From Balanoglossus misakiensis (taxonomy: Eukaryota > Animalia > Hemichordata): 64,000 nt of DNA. The stretch is from contig CM082590.2 in NCBI GenBank assembly GCA_040954595.2, forward strand, positions 5,766,001 through 5,830,000, read 5' to 3'. Below are positions 1 through 12,500 of the stretch, piece after piece. The first letter of the stretch is position 1, and the number at the start of each line of letters is the position of its first letter. The translations under genes were made by a program, and so were the position numbers. Below the pieces are notes generated by a model. The model had not been told where the DNA came from, did not search any database, and saw only the letters and a list, made by a program, of their open reading frames with translations.

Positions 1-1630
1 GGCTCACCTGTAACACCTGCTTAACTCATTAATTATGTGCATACCTAATTCCAGGCTAACTAATACGGCTAGAGGTTTTGTTCTTGTGGGACATGGACCA
101 GTATGGGGTTAAAATTTCTTGCCAAATTTTGGGTGACCTCAGGTGACCTTTGACCTACTTTACCATATCTCGGCAACCAGCGCAGATACAGCCTTGGCAT
201 TTGGAGGCATGGAACTCCTAATGAAGCCTTATACTTTACCTCATTAATTATGTACATATCTAATTCTAGGCGAACCAATAGGGTTAGAGGCCTGATTTTT
301 GTTGGACCTGGACTGGTATGGGGTCAAATTTTTTTGCTAAACTTTTGGATGGCCTCAGGTGACCTTTGACCTACTTTCCTATATCTCGGCATCCAGAACA
401 GGTACAGCATTTGTGTTTGGATGGATCGTACTATTGATAGAGTCTTACACTTTACATCATTAATTATGCGCATATCTAATTTCAGACAAACCAATAGGGC
501 TAGAGGTCTGGTTTCTGTTGGACCTGGACTAGTATGGGGGTCAAAACTTTTTGCCCAATTTTTGGGTGACCACATATGACCTTTGACCTTCGGCTTAAGC
601 TTGTGCCCGTCATCGCTGCTTGCAGCTATATTTCTTCTTTCTTCTTGAGTCGTTTTTTTGCTCCCGTTTTTCTCTGAAATTCCGGCACCTGCGCCTATGA
701 AGTTTGGCACGATGATTGGGGCCCATGAGTACTAGTGCACCTGCCCTTTGAATTTGTAATTAGTCACGTGACTTGGTGGCTATAATCGAGCGAAATTTTC
801 AAATTGACCTAATTTGCACGTTAATGGGGGAATGTACATTCTTTTCGCGATTTTTGTAGACCATGTGGCCAAAATCCCCTGTGCCAAATTTCAAGGTCCT
901 AGGCCACGTCGATTTTGAGAAGAAGATTTTTGTAATATTTTTCGCATTTTTGGTGGGCTGAGGACGGACACTGGGGCATCGGACTTTGACCGTCATTACG
1001 TAATGTTGTGGAGATCTCATTAGCACGCTACTCACTTCTGGCGGGTTGCAGAAGTCCTTGGAAAATCGGCTGAAATACGTAAACAGACCAGTGATTATTT
1101 TCCACGGAATGAATTTTGGGATAACACATTATCGGAGTTCAGGCTGTGTTAGGGCGTTTTATTGAATTACGCTGAGTTTGTTAGCTGTTGCCGTTCAAAT
1201 GTTTCTATCTAGACCCGGCTACACTGGTTAACATTCAATGTAATGCGGCAGCGGACTTTGACCCTCAGTCGCTAATGTGGCCGAAATACGTCAGCAGACC
1301 AATGATTTTCTTGCACGAAGGGAGTATGGTACCAGCAATAATCAGAGATCAGGCTTCTTTGCCGTTCAACACTTCCTACTTCAGTCGTGACGTTGCAACT
1401 GAACGTTCAATATGGGGTTCGGCCCGCAGGGGGCCGTGGGGGTTATCAGGTCCCCCGTAATGGCACGCAGCTTCATGCAGCTGTATGGGACCAAAATAAT
1501 ACGCCCGATTCGGGGGTCACCTGTGACACCTGCGTAACTCAATTATGAGCATGCGTAATTGTGGGGTCAATGAAAGGGATGCTAGTGTGGTATTTGTTGC
1601 AAATGGATCAATATGAAGTCCGATTTTCCT
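1..1630. mobile_element. Degenerate interspersed/tandem repeat fragments (Helentron/HINE-like family, tentative)
   Basis: Imperfect ~220-bp reiterations (cattaattatg.gcata.ctaatt...gacctttgaccta) and the terminal motif gctgcttgcagct(a/t)t at ~616 and ~3341. The same family appears inverted at 34909-35335. The family name is an inference. Confidence 0.45.
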
Positions 1631-1639
1631 GTCAAGTTA

Positions 1640-2382
1640 GGCTGCATTCACAAAATCCTCAGGAGGGGGGGGGGGGCAGGAGAATTGAGGGGGGGGGGAT
1701 TTGAAAAAATTGAGGGTATGTAAGGGGGGGATTTGAACTAATTTAGGGACTGAAAGGGGGGGGGACTTGAAAACTAAAAGACGACTAAATATTTATTTTG
1801 AGTCCACAAAAATGCAGTTTCGCGCCCTTTATTTTACAAAATTTTCTAATGAAATTGGGGGGGGGGGGGAAACCCCTCCCACACCCACCCCCTCCATTCA
1901 TCAACACCTTTCAATCATTGATTGGTTTATCTAGTGTCCCAGGTTTGGGGACTTGCCCCAACCCCATGATAACTCTGAGCGTCGACGGTTAAATTTGTCC
2001 TCCCCAACATACCGGTAGTTGAGTTAATTTGCCTTTGCCGGGTTCATTAAAATGCAGCTTTGAGCTCTGTATTTGATAAAATTTTCTTATGTGCACACGC
2101 TCAAAAACCCACCCCCTTCAATTCTCGGTTTACAATGTCTCCCAACACAGGATACAAATACTTAAAAAATGGGAGCGCTGTTTTTCTTTTTTTACAAGAT
2201 AGATACTAGGTGATCTGTTTTGCTCTGTGAAAGAAAATGGGGAGGGGGGATTTTAAAATTTTGGCAGTTCGGAAGGGGGGGATTTGAAATTTTTCGGGTT
2301 GTGTACGGGGGGCATGTGAAAATTAGCGGTAAAAAAAATTGAATTCTCCCCCCCCCCTCAAGAGGTGTTTGTGAATGCAGCC
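1640..2382. mobile_element. PIF/Harbinger-like MITE
   Basis: TIRs GGCTGCATTCACAAA / TTTGTGAATGCAGCC flanked by TTA on both sides; G-run-rich non-coding interior. Confidence 0.75.
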
Positions 2383-2389
2383 TTATGGG

Positions 2390-3357
2390 CGATCTTATGT
2401 GACATTTCACCTACTTTTGCTTAGTGAGCATCCACAGCAGATGCATGCAGCTTTGGCGTGGTGGTGGGGGGGGGGATATACGGATGGGACCATAAAGATA
2501 TACCAAAGGCGGGGTCACCTGTTGCACCTGCCTAAGTCATTGATTTTGTACATTTAATTGGACACTAACCAACAGGGCGATAGGTGCGGTTTTTGTTCCA
2601 CAGGGACGAATGTAAGTGTCAGTTTGTTTTTGCCCAAATGTATAAGTTGATTTGGATGACCTCTGTCGTACAGTGCCATATCTCAGCCCGTTGTACAAGT
2701 GCAGCTTTGGTATTCGGAGCGAAACTATCATGAAATGCCAAATACAGGGGGATACCTGCGACACCTGCTTGATTCATGTATTACGTGCATACCTAATGGT
2801 AGGCAAAGTGAAAGGGCTGCAAATGTAGGATTTGTTGCACATGACATAAACAGGAATGAACATTTTTTGTCAAATTTTTGGGTGACATCAGGTGTCCATT
2901 GACCTGCTTTCCATATGTTAGCATGCACATCATGTATAGCCAGGTGTTTGGAGGGGTAGGGTAGGACCCTCTGCGTCATGAAATGCTAAATTTTAGGGGC
3001 TACCTGTAACTTACTTGCGTAACTCATTATTATAGCCATATCTAATTTGACAAACCCAAACAGCGAGGATTTTCCGTTGTCTTGAATATGAACAAAATAA
3101 GAATCCTAATTTTTGGCCCAATTTTTGGATACCCTCAGCTGACCTTTGAAGTAACTGAAGTACTTACAACGTAGAAGTTCACCTTTGGTTGTTGTGTTTG
3201 TATTTGTAAGACATCCATTTCGGGTGGTTGCCTACTTCCCCATATCTCCACATCCAGAGCAAATACAGCCTACGCATTTGAATGGTACAACCCTGAATGG
3301 AGTCTAATGGTTATTAACTCTATGCCTGGGCCCCTTCAACGCTGCTTGCAGCTTTAA
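2390..3357. mobile_element. Continuation of the HINE-like repeat family
   Basis: Same motifs as 1-1630 (ggggtcacctgt, cattaattatg); ends gctgcttgcagctttaa at 3341-3357. Confidence 0.4.
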
Positions 3358-3467
3358 TCATTTCTTGTTGTTAACAAGAAATGAATATTAGATTGAGCAG
3401 TTGACACATTTCAAGTATCAGACTGGTGATGTCATTTTTATTCCAACTTTAAACCTCTTCATTCCAG

Positions 3468-3566
3468 TTGGGTTACACAGCATTGCATTCAACGTCCAGC
3501 AAAGGTCAATTGGATGCTATGAGAGAGTTGATTAGCCATGGTGCAGATGTCAATGCGAAGAATGTG
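3468..3566 (+). CDS. ROCO exon A1: one ankyrin repeat (LGYTALHSTSSKGQLDAMRELISHGADVNAKNV)
   Basis: ttcattccag|...|gtacgt, 99 nt, phase 0/0, 33-aa ankyrin consensus. Confidence 0.9.
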
Positions 3567-6500
3567 GTACGTGAACTGACTTATTACTTCATTATGGATA
3601 ACATGGCTACATGTGTATGTAACCTCACTCACAATTACATATAATACAAAAAGGGCCCTGGTGGCATTGCGGCACCTTCGCTCCACACTACTCAATCAGA
3701 TACAACAAGAAACAATTTTCTCTCTCTGATAAGTTCAAATATAAAAGAAAACCTCGACAGCACTCAATCTCTGAACCGCGTCAATATCAAAGAACAACAA
3801 AATCAAGCAATTCGATACTGATCACACTAGGTGCACCTTTTTACCACTGAATGTGCACTGCAAAAAGAAAATGAAATGTTAATCTGTCTCACTGGTAATA
3901 CAAAAGGAATAAAAGTTCGCTATCAATGTACGTAGCTGTATAAATCAATGTACTCGGCAGTAGAAATCAGCGTACTCCGCTGTATAAATCAATGTACTCG
4001 GCAGTAGAAATCAATGTACTCCGCTGTATAAATCAATGTACTCGACAGTAGAAATCAGCGTACTCCGCTGTATAAATCAATGCACTCAGCAGTAGAAATC
4101 AGCGTACTCCGCTGTATAAATCAATGCACTCGACAGTAGAAATCAGCGTACTCCGCTGTATAAATAGGTATCCCAAGCACTGCATGCACAGAGGTGTACA
4201 ATGTATCCATTGATGAAAAAAATTAAAAAATGACGATTTTTAAACAGTTGTAACTTGTCCGTAGTTTTGAAAATGTTCACAAAATTAGCACTATATGAAA
4301 GTAAATTATTTCAGCTTTCTGGTGATATAAGTGGTTTTTATGTGAAATTATTAAAAATTTGTGAAAAACGTGCATAAACGCGTGTAGTCACACGCGATCT
4401 CGGCAGTGACGGCCGCTCTGAACGCGCTTCTCAAATCATGAATTTCAACTACGTCGTGCATCGCCCTCTTGCGCTCCTTGTTGGAAAGGCAAAGGGCCTT
4501 TTAACTGTCATTAAAATAATCTCTGAATTCAGAGCTGTTGATTCGTGCATTTTTTTCTTGTTAACTGTACCGACTTCCTGGCGAAAATTTGATTCAAAAA
4601 CTTTAAAGTGTCCGCAAATCTCGCAAACTTTACCATTTTCGATCGAAAAAAATATATTTCAAAAGCTCATTTAGTAATTTTTTCGAAAATGAACTTCGTT
4701 TTTCACTACCCGCGATCATCACGGAGCGCCACTATTGAATAGGGTGCTATGTATGCGCAAATCGTGTAAGATCCGTGTTAGCAGAAAATGGCGGCAATAG
4801 GCGATTCGTTTGAACCCGTTCGCTGTTCTGTGTCACCTTCAAAAATGGACGAGATAATGACACTATATTCTGAAATAAGTGAGTATGTTATGAAATAAAA
4901 CAGTTTAAAGCTATCCAATCTTATTTTGCTGTCATGAATTCAGATTTACAAAGACTCAGATAAAATGATCGTACGCGTGTGAGTGTTCCTGTGGTACTTT
5001 ACTGTGTTACACAGGATTGATAGCTCAAATGAACGGCCGATTTCAGCTGAGCGGTCTCGAGTTTCGGCAAGCGAAAATACACTACTGATATGAATATCGA
5101 CCCGAAAAAAAATATGAATGATGCTAAGACGTAGAATAAAACGATCGTAAACTATTTTTCGGGAACATTTCAACATATGCATTGTAAGAAAACATATTTA
5201 TTTCATCGGATATATATTTCCAGTCTAGACTCTAAGATGGCGTCCAGTGTTGATTGACCACAGTCACTCATTATCAGGGGGACCGTTGATTACTAAACTT
5301 TTGCTAACTTGCATCAGCGAACGAATTTTCCACAGCATTAACAAAAAAGGGTCAATATTTGATAACACAAAAAACGTGAAAACTTGGAACATTAAAATAA
5401 ATTTTCTCTGTATTTTTAAAATTTTGGATTAATTGTCTTTGGTATTTTAACTTCGACATTTTTTGTCTTTTTGTGTTTCGATCTCATTTTCCTGTCCCTC
5501 TAACTTCTTCAGCTTTCTCAAGTTTCTTTTATAGTTCACTGTGCCTTTCACTTGTCTAAGCTCTTTTTGGATGTTTCTCACCACTTTCTCCTTTGCAACA
5601 ATTCTTGCTTTCAGAACTGACTGTTTTGTCTCTATGTTTTGAATTACTTTGGTCTTCCCTTCAATGCATTTTGACAGCTTGTTAACTTCTTTCTGCTTTT
5701 CGGTGACAAGTTCTGTCATGGCAGAAATTTGAATCTTAAGTGTTTCAGTGGCACTGTCATCTGACAAAACACTCCTGTTATCGGATCTGGAACATTTCCT
5801 CTTTTTCTTCTGTGGTTTTGATGAGGTGGAACTGGAAGGAGCAGCCTGACTGCAATCTACACGGAAAATCTCCTCTTTACCAAAAATTGTAAACATACTT
5901 CATCATGTATTTTCCTGTAGAAAACAACCTATTAAATGTCATTTTAAAATTGAACAGCATGTTTAAAGAGGAGTTTTAGGGCAAATCACTACCAAAAAAT
6001 GACAAAAACTCAATTTTGTGCAATGTGAAAATACCAAAAATTGGCCTTTCGGGCATTTTCATAGTTCTCTAAAAAAAAATGTTTCAAAGTTAGGAGTCTA
6101 AAACTGATTATAGTCTTACTAAATGTTACCCTTAAAATGCCTATTTTTTTCTGTGTACAAAAAATAACTGTAACTGGGAGAAAAATGGGCCTGAAAATGT
6201 TAATTTTGCCAATTTTACTTAGTGATAAAATGTGCTAAAATTTACCAAAAATCGCAATTTTCAAATGCGCATAAAATCAAAACCATACAAGCTAATCACA
6301 TGAAACTTTCAGAAGACGAGAAAACTGCAACGAGGTTGAACTGCAGCGATCATTTATGAAACACATCTGGACAAGTTAAACACAAATTTGGCACTTCTGA
6401 GTCTGACAGCGTCCAAAACAAGCATCTTTTGTCTAACAGTCCGCGTATTTGACAAGGCTGTGAGCTAACTGTACTGAGGGTTGCCTGGCGTCGTCAACCA

Positions 6501-9500
6501 TGAGAAACCAAGATGGCGGCCATAGCGCACACGTGCAAAATCCACCCAGTTTGTTTACAAATTGTTTTCGTGAAATCTGTTTTATTGTTCACGCACTGCG
6601 AAATAAAATGCCCCTAAACCACAATTTTTGTTTCAATGCTTCACGCAAACACAAAATTATTACGAAAAGTGTCAGCATTACCAAGAAATATGAGTGCCCA
6701 GTAGGACATGCAAAAAACATGGATGATTTGTTTACACTTTTTAAATGAAGCTTGTGGCACTAGAAATGACCGTTCAACTGACAGACGAACACCAAACCAT
6801 AATAATTAGCACAGACAACGTAATACTTTTTGAATTTTAGAAAAAAACGCAGTGGCTGCTGAAATATAGGAGTGCCAGTTTGGTGGCAAGTTTTCACATC
6901 ACTGGTGGAGTCGACATGTGCAGAAGTAAGGAAATCATTGTCCAACTGTCCTGGGTGTTAATTATATGCAAAAGAACATTGTCATACCAATAATCCCCAA
7001 ACCCTTTGATCTATGCCGCAGTTGCGCGTCCTTCTTTCTCTAGGGTCTGTGGTTATGGTGCCCCTACCTGATTTTGTTAATTTGGATTTGATCGGGTCAT
7101 AAATATGCAAATTAGATCTAAAAATAGAATTTTGGTCAAAAATCTTCTCCATAACTACATGTACCACATCAACACGCCATTGGACATCATCAACTCAGTT
7201 CCACAACAGCTAGCCAAGCATTGACCTTTCCGCTTAACAAAGACTCTTCCTTCAGGACACTTCGAAGGTACAATGGAGCTGCAATTTGGTAGGAATGTGT
7301 GTTATGGTGCCCCTATCTGATTTTGTTAATTGGAATTTTGATGGGGTCAGGAAAATGCAAATTAGAACCTTGGTGCTTCCTTTTGATGTTGTTCTTTAGA
7401 ATTCAATTCTTTCTTCTTTTAGCACAATGAATCAAGCTGAATTTGGATAAATACTTGTGATGTCTATGTTTGGTTTTGTTCAATAGAATACAATAATTAT
7501 GAATTAAAACCTTGTGTATTCATATCATTGCCCAGGTTACACTGTTAAAGTCAGCAGAGCTCTTTTGACCAATAGGTCACTTGTTTTCTTTAGCAGGCCA
7601 CATGCTTGCCGCTGCCCTGGAAACATAGCTCAGAAGATATATTTGTGAATGAGTCAATATCAGACACAAACTTATTTATTGGCACATTATCACTGAGAAT
7701 CTGTTTCAGTTTATCTTTAGTTGCTGAAACCATGCTTGCAATGAGGGAGAAGTTAACTTGATCTCTTTGAAACACAAGAGACAGCTCTGACAAAATGGAC
7801 AATACAGACTGCAATATATACAATGTGCCAACAAATTTAACCGACTTTATTTTCTTTAGCAGGCCACATGCAAGTGCATCATCTTCAAAGTCATTCAGAG
7901 TAAGGAGCAATGCCTCCAAATCCCTCAGAGTTGCCTCTACAGCTAGATTGAAACTCAACCACCTGGTGTTGCAAGCTTTTCTAAGTCTGTGCATGACAAT
8001 TTTCTGACTCTTGTCAGAGGTTAACTTTATTTTTGCAAGCTTTTCTTGCATTTTCAGATATGCTGCTAACCTCTTTGGGGAATTTTCAAAGAACTGCCAA
8101 AGCTGCTGAATTATTGTGGACACATCCTTCACATACTTTATGTTTGTATTACTGTCAGTACAAGCCAATGCCAACCTGTGGCAAACACAATGCACACTAA
8201 TGATCAAATTATTGTCAGACTTAAATTTGCTTGCAACACCACTTCTACTGGCAACCATGACAGCAGCCCCATCTGTTGACAACCCCTTACAGCTTTTCAC
8301 TGACAGATCATTAGATTCTATTTCTTTTTTCAGCAAGGGATATTTCATTATAACGTGGCTACATGCGTACTTACAACTTCATGACCACAGTGGAAACTTT
8401 TGATGATTATTTTATTGACACTCAGATGGAAATCATGAAACATTTATTTGTAGAGTCAAATTCTTTATCTTGCTGCTAGGAGTGTGTGAATATTCATTTC
8501 TTGTTGTTAACAAGAAATGAATATTAGATTGAGCGGTTGACACATTTCAAGTATCCGATTGGTGATGTCATTTTTATTCCAACTTTAAACGTCTTCATTC
8601 CAGGATGGTTGGACATCATTGCATGTAGCGTCCTTGAAAGGTAAATTGGATGCTGTCAGGGTGTTGATTAGTCTTGGTGCAGATGTCAATGTGAAGGATA
8701 GGGTACGTGAACTGACTTATTACTTCATCATGGATTACATGGCTAACATATATGAATAATTTTAAAAAATGCCTTTTAAAAAGACTTATTACAACACTAT
8801 ATTATTTTCATCCAAAATTACTTTGCATGATCCAAATTCAATGGGAAGAAACAAGCTAACCCCTTAACAAGAAGAGGGAAAATCCAAAAATTATTATCCG
8901 TACTGATTTACTTTTACTGACCATGATGATAGCCTTGGGATCCAGCCATAGGAAGGACAGTAGGACACATTGTACTCTAAATTTAACTCTCTTTACAATT
9001 TGGCCAAAGAAGTTGACACAGTTTGTGCCCGAATGAATAAATATGTTCCAGAAATTAAATTTTTATGGATTTTTTTTGTGTTTTGGGTTTTCAAGCCATC
9101 TCTGAAATGTTGCTGGCAATCTTTTTTTTTAATCTTCCAGATCCCTCCCACCCTGAATATCAAATGGTCCACCCCTAACTCAGCTATGGAGACTAAAACA
9201 TCCATTATCAAATCTATATCACCGATCAAAGCGTTTTCCTCGCTGTTAGAATCAATTGAGATTCTTCACTGTCATACTTGAATCTGTATTCACTTTAACA
9301 GTCGGCAATTTTCATTTTGTGTGTGGAAGGACTGTGGATTATCCTTTCAAATCAGTCAGTATGCTATTCTTGGTTGTTTTTGCAATATGGCTGATACTTT
9401 TGATATTTTTATTTATTTATCTGTTGGTTTATTTATTGTTTGTTTGTTTACACTTCACATTACATTTTTATATTTATTTGTTTGTTTTATGAAACCTCAC

Positions 9501-12500
9501 ATTACATTTCAAATTCTATGACATTGTCAGTGTTTTTGTTAATTAAGGGCGGTACCTAGGTAAAATCTACCGGAGTTCCCCGGTCATTTTACTGGGTGTA
9601 TCAATGTAGTTACCGTACTTGCCCGGGTAAGAACCCCTGCGCGGGCAAACGCCCCCCTGTGGTTTTAGGGCCCATTTGAAGATCGAGGTTATATCCGGTC
9701 GAATATTCATTATTCACCCCTTCCTCGTGTCCCTAGCCCCTTATTTGCAGAAAAGTTGAGGTGGTGCCCTGGCAAACCCCCCCCCCCCAGCCCCTGTTTT
9801 TTTTCGTTACTTTGGGGGCCCAGCACGTGGGGGCAAGTACGGTACATTAGGGGGTTGTAGAAATGTTACCGGGGTTCCCAAGTCCATTACCAATGTTCCC
9901 CAACCTTAGCAAAAACACTCATGCTCCTCCTTCATTACTTACAGAGAGGAGACATCCCTTTGCACACTGCAGCAGAGTATAACAATGAAGGCGGTGTCAG
10001 ATTGTTATTGAAACACAAAGCTGATGTGACCATACAAAACATGGTAAATACCTACCTGGCTTCTGCAGGTTAATTCTATCAGTTTAGAAACATTTATTTG
10101 TTTGTTTATTTGTTCGTTTAGGAAACCTCACAGAACATTTCAAATGTTATGACATTGTTCTCATGCTCCTCCTCCATTACATACAGAAATACTCACCAGA
10201 ACGGTATTGGCAAGAAATTAAGTTACTCACAAGGAAACTGCTTCATAATAATGGATGACCACAGACAAGTTCTGTACCTCTGATAACGATACCAGTAACT
10301 TAGGTGCTCTATGCGAATCAAAACACAGTATTTTACTCAAACAAACACTTTCTGAACATTAATGGTCATCAAAGTAATCTCTAGTCTTTTGTCTAAATAA
10401 AGATTCCCCATCCATGTACATTTTATGGTCTTATGCAGATCTTTACAAATTGATCCAAATCAGTTTTTCCCTCAAAACTGTCAAGATGAATAAAGGCACA
10501 ATCTACTACCCATATTTTCTTTAAATTGTTCATCGTTATGAGGAAATTTATCATCCTAGTACTGTTGAAAAACTAGAGTTTAATTATCAATTCAGTGTTA
10601 CAGTTGGTAGTCTGTTTGGTTGCGCTGTTTATGCATAACTTTTGTTGTTGTACCTCTTACATGATGTTGTCTGTTTTTGTTTCTTGGATAGGATGGCAAC
10701 ACAGCACTTCACATGGCAGCAATGGGCGGAGAAATTCGGGGGGATTATGGAAAAGTTGTGAAACTATTGTTGCAATATGGAGCTGATATTGACTGCAAAA
10801 ATAAGGTATAATCGTCCACTTTTATATTTTATTCCATGACACTCTAGACCTACACCATGTGTTCTGATCAACTCCCATTTTCTCAAGTAGTTAATCTTCA
10901 TAATCTTTGAATTTGAAATGCACAATTTTATCAAAGTCTTGAAATTTCCTGAACACTATTTTAACCAAGCACTCCTAAAACAGTATGAGTTTGCACAATG
11001 GTCTTCTTTCCAATTGTGGTTTTTGTGGTAAATTTTGTTGAGGATTTGTATCTATTTGCCATTGTCCTTTGAATCAAAAGTACTCCCTCTATCAGTTTAG
11101 GTGTTGTACAGGCAGGTGTTGACTCATGACGGTCGATGCCAATCCTATCTTTGAGACTTTCTATCTCCACTTTCAGTGATGTGGAGAGTATCAGATAGGG
11201 TGATTGTCTGTCGGACTCCAGCATCTGGCAACTCCTGTCTGTCACCTAATACAATTGATCATAAGGAGGTGCCATATAATTTGTCAATGTCCGTTGAATC
11301 AAAACTACTCCCTCTATCGGGTCAGATGTTGTACAGGCAGGTGTTGACTCATGACGGTCGATGCCAATCCTATCTTTGAGACTTTCTATCTCCACTTTCA
11401 GTGATGTGGAGAGTATCAGATAGGGTGATTGTCTGTCGGCCTCCAGCATCTGCCAACTCCTGTCTGTCATCTAATTCAATTGATCATAAGGAGGTGCCAT
11501 ATAATTTGTCATTGTCCTTTGAATCAAAACTACTCCCTCTATCGGGTCAGGTATTGTACTGGCAGGTGTTGACTCATGACGGTCGATGCCAATCCTATCT
11601 TTGAGACTTTCTATCTCCACTTTCAGTGATGTGGAGAGTATCAGATAGGGCGATTGTCTGTCGGCCTCCAGCATCTGCCAACTCCTGTCTGTCACCTAAT
11701 ACAATTGATCATAAGGAGGAGCCATATAATTTGTCATTGTCCTTTGAATCAAAACTACTCCCTCTATAGGGTCAGGTGTTGTACAGGCAGGTGTTGACTC
11801 ATGACGGTCGATGCCAATCCTATCTTTAAGACTTTCTATCTCCACTTTCAGTGATGTGGAGCGTATCAGATAGAGCGATTGTCTGTCGGACTCCAGCATC
11901 TGCCAACTCCTGTCTGTCATCTAATTCAATTGATCATAAGGAGGTGCCATATAATTTGTCATTGTCCGTTGAATCAAAACTACTCCCTCTATCGGGTCAG
12001 GTGTTGTACAGGCAGGTGTTGACTCATGACGGTCGATGCCAATCCTATCTTTGAGACTTTCTATCTCCACTTTCAGTGATGTGGAGAGTATCAGATAGGG
12101 TGATTGTCTGTCGGCCTCTAGCATCTGCCAACTCCTGTCTGTCACCTAATACAATTGATCATAAGGAGGTGCCATATAATTTGTCATTGCCCATTGAATC
12201 AAAATTACTCCCTCTATCGGGTCAGGTGTTGTACAGGCAGGTGTTGACTCATGACGGTCGATGCCAATCCTATCTTTGAGACTTTGTATCTCCACTTTCA
12301 GTGATGTGGAGAGTATCAGATAGGGCGATTGTCTGTCGGCCTTCAGTATCTGCCAACTCCTGTCTGTCACCTAATACAATTGATCATAAGGAGGTGCCAT
12401 ATAATTTGTCATTGCCCATTGAATCAAAACTACTCCCTCTATAGGGTCAGGTGTTGTACAGACAGGTGTTGACTCATGACGGTCGATGCCAATCCTATCT

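Noticed and set aside
7590-8348. Domesticated ZNF862-like host gene
   Set aside because: Truncated on both sides, lacks the dimerisation domain and flanking exons, and lies antisense in an intron; a transposon relic is more likely.
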